Shown here: positions 45,298-58,200 of the stretch, piece by piece | Layout: the number at the start of each line of letters is the position of its first letter | Position numbering within the stretch: position 1 is the first letter of the stretch | NCBI RefSeq assembly: GCF_009914755.1 | Contig: NC_060940.1 | Length of the DNA: 64,000 bases | Strand: one strand, 5' to 3' | Origin: the human T2T-CHM13v2.0 reference genome, Homo sapiens | Translations under genes and position numbers: made by a program | The notes under the pieces: model-generated | Seen by the model: the letters and a program-made list of their open reading frames with translations, nothing else | Told to the model about the DNA's origin: nothing | Database searches by the model: none

Positions 45298-48200
45298 TTC
45301 CATTTGATGATTATTCCATTGGAGTCCACTTAGTGAATCCTTTAGATTCTACTCGAAGATGATTCCATTCGAGTCCATTCGATGATACCATTCAATTCCA
45401 TTCGTTGATGCTTCCATTCAAGTGCATTCGATGATATCATTCGATTCCATTTGATGATAATTCCATTTGATTCCATGCGATGATTCTATTCGATTCCATT
45501 CAATGATAATTCCATTCAATTCAGTGATTCCTCTGGACTCCATTTGATGATGATTCCATTCAATGATTCCATTCGATTCTATTCGAAAATGATTCCATTT
45601 GAATCCATTTGATGACGATTCCATTCGATTCCATTCGACGATGATTCCATTCGATTCCATTTGATGATTCCATTCTATTCTATTCGATGATGATTCCATT
45701 CGATTCCATTCGACGATGATTGGATTCGATTCCATTTGATGATTTCATTTGATTCCATTCGTTAATGATTTCGATCAACTCCATTCGATGATTCCATTTG
45801 ATTCCATTCGATAATGATTACATCCGAGTCCATTTGATGATTCCATTTGAGCCCGTTCGATAATTCCATTTGAGTCCAATCAATGATTCCATTCATTTCC
45901 ATTCAATGATTCCATTCGAGTCCATTTGATCATTCTGGTAGGGTCCGTTCGATGTTGATTCCATTGGAGTGCATTCGATGATTCCATTCGAGTCCATTTT
46001 ATGATTTGATTCGAGTCCTTTCGATGATTCCATTCGATTCCACTCGATGATGATTTCATTCGAGTCCATTCGACACTTTCAATCGATTCCATTTGATGAT
46101 TCCATTCGAGTCCAATTGATGATTCCATTCAATTCCATTCGATGATGATTCCGTACGATTCCATTCTGTGATGATTCCATGTGATTGCATTCAATGATGA
46201 TTCCTTTCGACTGCATTCGATTATGATTCATTTCGTGTTCATTCTATGGTTCCACAGGTTTCCATTCGATGACGTTTCCGTTCGTGTCCATTCCATTATT
46301 CCATTCTATTTCATTTGATGATGATTCCATTCGATTCCATTCATTGGTGATTCCACTCAATTCCATTCAATGATTCCATTCCATTTCTTTCAACAATGAT
46401 TCCATTAGTTTCTATTCGATGATCCACTTGATTCCATTTGGCGATGATTCCATTCGTGTCCATTCGATGATTCCATTTGATTCCATATGATGATGATTCC
46501 ATTCGATTCCATACCATGATGATTCCATTCGAGTCCATTCAATGGTGATTCCATTCAATTCCATTCGATGATTCCTTCCGATTCCATTCGATGATGATGG
46601 CATTCGATTCCTTTCAATCATTCCCTTTGATTCCATTCAAAGGTGATTTCATTCAAGTCCATTCGATAATTGCATTCGATTCCATTCTATGATGATTCCA
46701 TTCGAGTCCATTTGATGATTCCATTCAATTCAAGTCAATGATGATTCCATTCGATTCCATTCGATGATTCCATTGGATTCCATTCGATGATGATTCCATT
46801 CAAATCCATTCGATAATTCAATTCAAGTCCATTCGATGATGATTCCAATCGAATCCATTCAAAGATTCCATTCAATTCCATTCGATGATGATTCCCTTAG
46901 ATTCCATTCGATGATTCCACTTGATTCCATTTACGATGATTCCATTCGATTCCATGTGATGAATCCATTCAATTCTATTCAATGATGTTTCCATTTGATT
47001 CCATTGGACCATGATTGCCTTTGATTCCATTCAATGATTCCATTCGGTTCCATTTGATGATGATTCCGTTCTATTCCATTTGATGATTCCATTTGATTCC
47101 ATTGGATGAGTCCATTCGATTACATTCGATGATTATTCCATTCGAGTGCATTAGATGATTGCATTCGAGTCCATTCGATGATTCCATTCGATTCCATTCG
47201 ATGTTGATTCTGTTCAAATCCATTCGATGATTCCACTCGATTCCATTCGATGACTCCATTTGATCCCATTCGATGATTTCCTGTGATTCCCTTTGATGAT
47301 CATTCTATTTGATTCAATTCGGTGATTTCATTTCATTCCATTCAGTGATGTTTCCATTCGACTGTATTCGATGATGATTCCATTCGACTCCATTCGATTA
47401 TGATTTCATTCAATTCCGTTCAATAATGATTCCCTTCGAGTCCATTCGATGATTCCATTCGATTCCATTCAACGATGATTTGATTCGTTTCCATTCGATG
47501 ATTCCATTTGATTCCACTTGATGCTGATTCCATTCGAGTCCATTTGATGATTCCATTCGAGTCTATTTATGTATTATATTCGTGTCCACTTCATGATTCC
47601 ATTCAATTCCATTTAATGTTGATTCCATTTGATTCCATTTGATGATTCAGTTCGATTCCTTGCAATGATTCCCTACGATTCCTTTCTATGATTATTCCAT
47701 TCGATTCCATTCATTGATGATTTCATTCGACTCCATTCGATGATGATTCCTTTCGATTCCATTTGACGATGTTTCCATTCGAGTCCATTTGATGATGATT
47801 CTATTCAATTCTGTTCTATTATGATTCCATTCGATTTCATTCAATGCTTCTCTTTGATTCCATTCGATGATGATTCCATCTCTTTCCCTTCGATGATTCC
47901 ATTTGATTCCATTCAGTGATGATTCCATTTGATTCCATCTGATGATGATTTCACTTGATTCCTTTCAATGATGATTCAATTCAAGTCCATTCGATGATTC
48001 CATTGGAGTCCAAACGATCATTCCGTTCGATTCCATTCAATGGTGATTCCATTCATGTCCATTCGATGAATCCATTCAATTCCATTCGATGATGACTCCA
48101 TTCGAGTACATTCGATGATTCCATTTGATTCCATTTGAAGATGATTCCATTCAATTCCATTCGAAGATGATTCCATTCAATTCCATTCGATGATGATTCC

Positions 48201-49404
48201 GTATGAATCCATTCTCTGATTATTCCATTCGATTCCATTCATTGACGATTCCATTCAATTCCATTCAATGATGATTCTCTTCTATTCCATTCGATGATTC
48301 CGGTCGATTCCATTCGATGATGATTCCATTAGATTCCATTCGATTGTTGCATTCGATTCCCTTCGATGATGATTCCTTTGAATTCCATTCGATTATCATT
48401 CCGTATGAATCCATTTGATGATTATTCCATTGGATTCCTTTCGATGATGATTCCATTCGATTCCATTTGATGATGTTTCTCTTGTATTCCATTGGATAAT
48501 TCCTTTCAGTTCCCTTCGATGATTATTCTTTCGAGTCAATTCGATGATTCTATTCCATTCCCTTCGATGATGATTCCATTTCACTCCATTTGATGATTCC
48601 ATTCGACTCAATTTGGTGATGATTCAATTCGATGACATTCGATGACTCCATTCAATTTCATTTGATGATGATTACATTCGAGTCCATTTGATGATTGTAT
48701 TCCTTTCCTTTTGATGATTATTCCATTCGTGTCTATTCAAAGATTCCATTCTATTCCATTCAATGATGATTGCATTTGATTCCATTCAATGATTATGGCT
48801 ATCGATTCCACTCGTTGATTCCATTTGATTCCGTTCGATGATTATTCCGTTAGATTCCATTAGAAGATTCCATTCGATTTTATTCAATGATTCCAATGGA
48901 TTCCATTCAATGATGATTCCATTCGACTCCATTCAGTGATTCCATTCGAGTCCATTTGATGATTCCATTCTTTTCCATTTGATGATGATTCCATTAGGGT
49001 CCATTCAATGATTCCATTCGAGTCCATTCGTTAATGCCTTTCGAGTCCTTTTGATCACTACATTCGAGTCCATTCAATGATTCTATTCGATTCCATTCCA
49101 TGATGATTCCATTCGAGTTCATTCGATGATTGCATTCGAGTCCATTTGATGATTCCATATGATTCCCTTCGACAATGATTCCATTCGTGTCCATTTGATG
49201 ATTCCATTCATTTCCTATCGATGAAGATTCCATTCAAGTGTATTCGATGATTCCATTCAAATCCATTCGATGATGATTCCATTCCAGTCCATTCGATCAT
49301 TCCACTTGATTCCATTTGATGACTATTCCATTCAAATCCATTTGATGATTCCATTCTATTCCATTCGATGTTACCATTCGAGTATATACGATGATTCCAC
49401 TCGA
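45298..49404 (+). repeat. 4107-bp variant unit 9 (canonical 5' ~2.26 kb plus a non-canonical ~1.83-kb HSat2 block)
   Basis: Follows the canonical unit to about 47560, then switches to gtctatttatgtattatattcgtg..., and rejoins the canonical sequence at about 49391. Confidence 0.9.
47561..49390 (+). repeat. Divergent HSat2 block absent from the 6112-bp unit
   Basis: Still CATTC/GATGAT-based but with landmarks not seen in units 1-8 (gtctatttatgtattatatt, ccggtcgatt, cttgtattcc, gattatggctatc, gagtatatacg). Its start recurs at 63656. Confidence 0.88.
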
Positions 49405-52400
49405 TTCCATTTGATGATTATTCCATTGGAGTCCACTTAGTGAATCCTTTAGATTCTACTCGAAGATGATTCCATTCGAGTCCATTCGATGATACCATTC
49501 AATTCCATTCGTTGATGCTTCCATTCAAGTGCATTCGATGATATCATTCGATTCCATTTGATGATAATTCCATTTGATTCCATGCGATGATTCTATTCGA
49601 TTCCATTCAATGATAATTCCATTCAATTCAGTGATTCCTCTGGACTCCATTTGATGATGATTCCATTCAATGATTCCATTCGATTCTATTCGAAAATGAT
49701 TCCATTTGAATCCATTTGATGATGATTCCATTGGATTCCATTTGATGATTCCATTCGATTCCATTCGATGATGATTCCATTCGATTCCTTTTGATGAATC
49801 CATTCTATTGTATTCGATGATGATTCCATTCGATTCCATTCGATGATGATTGGATTCGATTCCATTTGATGATTTCATTTGATTCCATTCGATAATGATT
49901 TCGATCAATTCCATTCGATGATTCCATTCGATTCCATTCGATAATGATTACATCCGAGTCCATTCGATGATTCCATTTGAGCCCGTTCGATAATTCCATT
50001 TGAGTCCAATCAATGATTCCATTCATTTCCATTCAATGATTCCATTCGAGTCCATTTGATCATTCCGGTAGGGTCCGTTCGATGTTGATTCCATTGGAGT
50101 GCATTCGATGATTCCATTCGAGTCCATTTTAGGATTTGATTCGAGTCCTTTCGATGATTCCATTCGATTCCACTCGATGATTTCATTCGAGTCCATTCGA
50201 CACTTCCAATCGATTCCATTTGATGTTTCCATTCGATTCCAATTGATGATTCCATTCAATTCCATTCGATGATGATTCCGTACGATTCCATTCTGTGATG
50301 ATTCCATGTGATTGCATTCAATGATGATTCCTTTCGATTGCATTCGATTATGATTCATTTCGTGTTCATTCTATGGTTCCACAGGTTTCCATTTGATGAT
50401 GTTTCCATTCGTGTCCATTCCATTATTCCATTCTATTCCATTTGAAGATGATTCCATTCGATTCCATTCATTGGTGATTCCACTCAATTCCATTCAATGA
50501 TTCCATTCCATTTCTTTCAACAATGATTCCATTAGTTTCTATTCGATGATCCACTTGATTCCATTTGACGATGATTCCATTCGTGTCCATTCGATGATTC
50601 CATTTGATTCCATATGATGATGATTCCATTCGATTCCATACGATGATGATTCCATTCGAGTCCATTCAATGGTGATTCCATTCAATTCCATTCGATGATT
50701 CCTTTCGATTCCATTCAATGATGATGGCATTCGATTCCTTTCGATCATTCCCTTTGATTCCATTCAAAGGTGATTTCATTCAAGTCCATTCGATAATTGC
50801 ATTCGATTCCATTCTATGATGATTCCATTCGAGTCCATTTGATGATTCCATTCAATTCAAGTCAATGATGATTCCATTCGATTCCACTCGATGATTCCAT
50901 TGGATTCCATTCGATGATGATTCCATTAAAATCCATTCGATAATTCAATTCAAGTCCATTCGATGATGATTCCAATCGAATCCATTCAAAGATTCCAGTC
51001 AATTCCATTCGATGATGATTCCCTTAGATTCCATTCGATGATTCCACTTGATTCCATTTACGATGATTCCATTCGATTCCATGTGATGAATCCATTCAAT
51101 TCTATTCAATGATGTTTCCACTTGATTCCATTCGAACATGATTGCCTTTGATTCCATTCAATGATTCCATACGGTTCCATTTGATGATGATTCCATTCGA
51201 GTGCATTAGATGATTCCATTCGAGTCCATTCGATGATTCCATTCGATTCCATTCGATGTTGATTCTGTTCAAATCCATTTGATGATTCCACTCGATTCCA
51301 TTCGATGACTCCAGTTGATCCCATTCGATGATTTCCTTTGATTCCCTTTGATGATCATTCCATTTGATTCAATTCGGTGATTTCATTTGATTCCATTCAG
51401 TGATGTTTCCATTCAACTCCTTTCGATGATGATTCCATTCGACTCCATTCGATTATGATTTCATTCAATTCCATTCGATAATGATTCCATTCAAGTCCAT
51501 TCGATGATTCCATTCGATTCCATTCAACGATGATTTGATTTGTGTCCATTCGATGATTCCATTCGATTCCATTTGATGATGATTCCATTCGAGTCCCTTT
51601 GATGATTCCATTCAATTCCATTCTCCGATGATTTCTTTTGAGCCCATTCAATGCTTCCACTCGATTCCATATGATGATGACTCCATTTGATGAAATTCCA
51701 TGATGATTCCATTTGCTTGCATTCGATGATGATTCCACTTGAGTCCGTTAGAAGATTCTATTCAATTACATTCCATGACGATTCTGTTCGAGTCCATTTG
51801 ATGATTCCATTAGACTCCATTCGACGATGATTCCATTCGATGTTATTCGATGATGATTCCATTCAACTCCATTCGATGTTTCCATTCGAGTTCATTCTAT
51901 TATTCCATTAGATTCCATTCGATGATGATTCCATTCGATTCCATTTGATGATTGCATTCTATTTCATTTGATGATGATTCCATTCGAGTCCATTCGATGA
52001 TTCCATTCGAGTCCATTTAATGAATCCATTGGTTTCAATTCTATGATGATTACATTGGATTCCATTCGTTGATGATTTCATTCGATTCCATTCAATGATG
52101 ATTCCATTCAATTCCATTCAATGATTCCACTCAATTCCATACGATGATGATTCCATTTGATTTGATTCGACAGTGAGCCATTCGATTCAATTCCATGATG
52201 ACTCTATTTGATTCAATTGGTTGACATTTCCATTCGATTCCATTCGATGATGATTCCATTTGATTCCATTCAAAGATGATTCCATTCTAGGCCATTCAAT
52301 CATTCCATTCGATTCTATTCAATGATGATTCCATTCATGTCGATTTGGTGATTCCATTTGACTTCATTTGATGATGATTCCTTTCAAGTTCATTAGATGA

Positions 52401-55257
52401 TTCCATTCGATTCCATTTGATAATGATCCCATTCGAGTCTATTCAGTGATTCCACTCGTTTCCATTCCATGATGATTCCATTCCATTCCATTCAATGATT
52501 CCATTCGATTCCGTTTGATGATGATTTCATTCGAGTCCATTTGATGATTCCATTTGATTCCATTTGATGATGATTACCTTCGAGTCCATACGATGATTCC
52601 ACTCAATTCCATATGATGATGATTCCATTCGATTCCATTCGATGATTCCAGTCTATTCTATTCAATGGTGATTCCATTCGAGTACATTAGATGATTCCAT
52701 TCGATTCCATTCAATGATGATTCTATTTGTGTCCCTTAGATGGTTCCACATGATTCCATTTCATGATGATACTATTTGAGCCCATCCAATGATTCCCTTC
52801 GATTCCATTCGATGAGGATTCCATTCGATTCATTTCATTGGTGATTCTATTCAATTCAATTCTTTGATTCCATTCCATTCCATTCGACAATGATTCCATT
52901 CGATTTCTTTCGATGATTCCACTCGATTCCACTTGACATTGATTCCATTCGATTCCATTCAATGATTCCGTTTGATTCCAGTGGATGATGATTGCCATCG
53001 ATTCCATTCGATCACTCCATTCTATTCCATTTGATGATGATTACATTCGATTCCATTTGATGATTCCATCTGATTCTATTCGAGGATTCCATTTGATTCC
53101 ATTCGATGATGATTCCATTCGAGTGCATTCGATGATTTCATTCGAGTACATCCAATGATTCCATTCGAGTCCATTTGATGATTCCATTTGATTCCATTTG
53201 ATTATGATTCTACTAGAGTCCATTCAATGACTCCATTCGAATCCATTCAACAATTCCATTCGAGGCCATTCGATGATTCCATTTCATGATTCCATTCGAG
53301 TCCATTTAATCATTACAGTCGAGTCCATTTGGTGATTCCACTGGATTTCTTTTGATAATGATACCATTCAATTACATTTGATGATGATCCCATTCAATTT
53401 CATTTGATGGTGATTCCATTAGAGTCCATTCGATGATTTCATTCGAGTCCCTTCATTGATTCCATCCGATTTCATTGGATGATGACTCCATTCGAGTCCA
53501 TTCGACGATTCCACTCGATTCCATTAGATGATTCCATTGGAGTCCATTTGATTGTTCCATTCGATTCTATTCGATTCCTTTCGAAGATTATTCCGTTTGA
53601 GTCCATTCGATGATGATTCCATTCCATTCCATTCGATGATTCCGTTTGATTCCATTCGATGATTCCCTTCGATTCCTTTCTTTGATGATTCCATTCCATT
53701 CCATTCAATGATTCCATTCGAATCTATTCCATGATGATTCCTTTCGATTCCATTCGCTGATGTTTCCGTTCAATTCCATTCGATGATGATTCCATTCGAT
53801 TCCATTCATTGAGGATTCCATTTGATTCCATTCAATGATGATTCCATTCTATTCCATTCAATGATTGCATTCAATTCCATTCAATGATTATCCCCTTAGA
53901 GTAAACTCAACGATTCCATTCAATACCATTCGATGATGATTCCTTTTGAGTCCATTCAATGATTTCATTCAAGTCCATTTGATGATTCCTTTCAATTCCA
54001 TTCTATGATGATTCCATTCGAGTCCATTCGATGATTCCATTCGATTGCATTCGATTATTCCATCATATTCCAGTCAACGATGATTCCATTCGAGTCCATT
54101 CGATGATTCCATTAGAGTACATTTAATGATTGCTTTGTTTTCAATTCGAAGATGATTACATTGGATTCCATTCTATGATACCATTCGATTCCATTCAATG
54201 ATGATTCCACTCAAATCCATTGGATGATTCCATTCGTGTCCATTCGGTGATTTCATTAGATTCCATTCGAGGATGATTCCATTCGATTCCATTCGATGAT
54301 TCCATTCAATTCCATTTGATGATGATTCCATTCCAGTCCATATGATCATTCCATTTGATTTCATTCGATGATGATTCCATTCGATTCCATTCGATGATTC
54401 CATTCTATTCCATTCGATGATGATTCCATTCGAGTCCATTCGATGATTCCATTCGAGTCCATTTAATGATTCCATTGGGTTCAATTCAATGATGATTACA
54501 TTGGATTCCGTTCTATGATTCCATTCAATTCCGTTCATTGACAATTTGATTCCATTCGATGATGATTCCATTTGAGTTCATTCGATGATTCTATTCGATT
54601 CTCTTCGATGGTGATTCAATTCTATTATATTGGATGATTCCATTCGATTCCATTTGATGTTGATTCAATTCGATTCTATTCGATGATGATTCCATTGGAT
54701 TTCACTTGATGATTCTATTCGATTCCATTCAATGATGATTCACTTCTCGTCCATTGGATGATTCCATTTCATTCCATTCGATGATGATTCCATTCGATTC
54801 CATTCGATGACTCCATTTGATTCCATGCGTCGGTGAGCAATTCGATTCAATTCCATGATGATTCTATTTGATTCAATTAGATGATGTTTCCATTCGAATC
54901 CATTCCATGATTATTCCATTGGAATCCATTCGGCGATGATTCCATATGAGTCAATTCAATGATGATTCCATATGTGTCCGTTCGATGATAATTCCATTTG
55001 ATTTCATTCGGTGCTTCTATTCAATTCCAGTCGATGATGATTCCGTTGGAGTCCATACGATGATTCCATTTGATTTCATTTGATGATGATTCCATTCGAT
55101 GATGATTACATTGGATTCCATTCTATGATTCCATTCAATTCCATTCGTTGATGATTCGATTCCATTCAATGATGATTCCATTTGAGTTCATTCGATGATT
55201 CTATTCGATTCCGTTCGATGGTGATTCAATTCTCTTATATTGGATGAATCCACTCGA
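49405..55257 (+). repeat. 5853-bp diverged unit 10
   Basis: Net -259 bp versus 6112, accounted for by indels of -3, +16, +3, -72, -23, -170 and -10. These agree with the ORF-track offsets. Confidence 0.9.
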
Positions 55258-58200
55258 TTCCATTTGATGATTATTCCATTGGAGTCCACTTAGTGAATCC
55301 TTCAGATTCTACTCGAAGATGATTCCATTCAAGTCCATTCGATGATACCATTCAATTCCATTCGTTGATGCTTCCATTCAAGTGCATTCGATGATATCAT
55401 TCGATTCCATTTGATGATAATTCCATTTGATTCCATGCGATGATTCTATTCGATTCCATTCAATGATAATTCCATTCAGTTCAGTGATTCCTCTGGACTC
55501 CATTTGATGATGATTCCATTCAATGATTCCATTCGATTCTATTCGAAAATGATTCCATTTGAATCCATTTGATGATGATTCCATTAGATTCCATTTGATG
55601 ATTCCATTCGATTCCATGCGACGATGATTCCATTCGATTCCATGTGATGATTCCATTCTATTCTATTCGATGATGATTCCATTCGATTCCATTCGATGAT
55701 GATTGGATTCGATTCCATTTGATGTTTTCATTTGATTCCATTCGTTAATGATTTCGATCAATTCCATTCGATGATTCCATTCGATTCCATTCGATAATGA
55801 TTACATCCGTGTCCATTCAGTGATTCCATTTGAGCCTGTTCGATAATTCCATTTGAGTCCAACCAATGATTCCATTCATTTCCATTCAATGATTCCATTC
55901 GAGTCCATTTGATCATTCCGGTAGGGTCCATTCGATGTTGATTCCATTGGAGTGCATTCGATGATTCCATTCGAGTCCATTTTAGGATTTGATTCGAGTC
56001 CTTTCGATGATTCCATTCGATTCCACTCGATGATGATTTCATTCGAGTCCATTCGACACTTCCAATCGATTCCATTTGATGTTTCCATTCGAGTCCAATT
56101 GATGATTCCATTCAATTCCATTCGATGATGATTCCGTACGATTCCATTCTGTGATGATTCCATGTGATTGCATTCAATGATGATTCCTTTAGATTGCATT
56201 CGATTGTGATTCATTTCGTCTTCATTCTATGGTTCCACAGGTTTCCATTCGTGTCCATTCCATTATTCCATTCTATTCCGTTTGATGATGATTCCATTCG
56301 ATTCCATTCATTGGTGATTCCACTCAATTCCATTCAATGATTCCATTCCATTTCTTTCAACAATGATTCCATTAGTTTCTAATCGATGATCCACTTGATT
56401 CCATTTGACGACGATTCCATTCTTGTCAATTCGATGATTCCATTTGATTCCATATGATGATGATTCCATTCGATTCCATACGATGATGATTCCATTCGAG
56501 TCCATTCAATGGTGATTCCATTCAATTCCATTCGATGATTCCTTTCGATTCCATTCGATGATGATGGCATTCGATTCCTTTCAATCATTCCCTTTGATTC
56601 CATTCAAAGGTGATTTCATTCAAGTCCATTCGATAATTGCATTCGATTCCATTCTATGATGATTCCATTCGAGTCCATTTGATGATTCCATTCAATTCAA
56701 GTCAATGATGATTCCATTCGATTCCATTCGATGATTCCATTGGATTCCATTCGATGATGATTCCATTCAAATCCATTCGATAATTCAATTCAAGTCCATT
56801 CGATGATGATTAAAATCGAATCCATTCAAAGATTCCATTCAGTTCCATTCGATGATTCCCTTAGATTCCATTCGATGATTCCACTTGATTCCATTTACGA
56901 TGATTCCATTCGATTCCATGTGATGATTCCATTCAATTCTATTCAATGCTGTTTCCATTTGATTCCATTCGACCATGATTGCCTTTGATTCCATTCAATG
57001 ACTCCATTCGGTTCCTTTTGATGATGATTCCGTTCGATTCCATTTCATTATTCCATTTGATTCCATTGGATGAGTCCATTCGATTACATTCGATGATTAT
57101 TCCATTCGAGTGCATTAGATGATTCCATTCGAGTCCATTCGATGATTCCATTCGATTCCATTCGATGTTGATTCTGTTCAAATCCATTCGATGATTCCAC
57201 TCGATTCCATTCGATGACTCCAGTTGATCCCATTCGATGATTTCCTTTGATTCCCTTTGATGATCATTCCATTTGATTCAATTCGGTGATTTCATTTGAT
57301 TCCATTCAGTGATGTTTCCATTCGACTCCATTCGATGATGATTCCATTCGACTCCATTCGATTATGATTTCATTCAATTCCATTCGATAATGATTCCCTT
57401 CGAGTCCATTCGATGATTCCATTCGATTCCATTCAACGATGATTTGATTCGTGTCCATTCGATGATTCCATTTGATTCCACTTGATGATGATTCCATTCG
57501 AGTCCATTTGATGATTCCATTCAATTCCATTCTCCGATGATTTCTTTTGAGCCCATTCAATGCTTCCACTCGATTCCATATGATGATGACTCCATTCGAT
57601 GAAATTCGATGATGATTCCCTTCGCTTGCATTCGATGATGATTCCACTTGAGTCCATTAGAAGATTCTATTCAATTACATTCCATGACGATTCCGTTCGA
57701 GTCCATTTGATGATTCCATTAGACTCCATTCGACGATGATTCCATTCGATGTTATTCGATGATTCCATTCGATCTCATTCGATGATGATTCCATTCAACT
57801 CCATTCGATGTTTCCATTCGAGTTCATTCTATTATTCCATTAGATTCCATTCGATGATGATTCCATTCGATTCCATTTGATGATTGCATTCTATTTCATT
57901 TGATGATGATTCCATTCGAGTCCACTCGATGATTCCATTCGAGTCCATTTAATGAATCCATTGGTTTCAATTCTATGATGATTACATTGGATTCCATTCG
58001 TTGATGATTTCATTCGGTTCCATTCAATGATGATTCCATTCAATTCCTTTCAATGTTTCCATTCAATTCCATACGATGATGATTCCATTTGATTTGATTC
58101 GACAGTGAGCCATTCGATTCAATTCCATGATGATTCTATTTGATTCAATTGGTTGACATTTCCATTCGATTCCATTCGATGATGATTCCCTTTGATTCCG

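Noticed and set aside
47561-47590. AT-rich gtctatttatgtattatatt as a transposon remnant or TATA box
   Set aside because: No poly(A) tail, target-site duplication or Alu/L1 sequence is visible. It reads as a heavily mutated satellite sub-unit.
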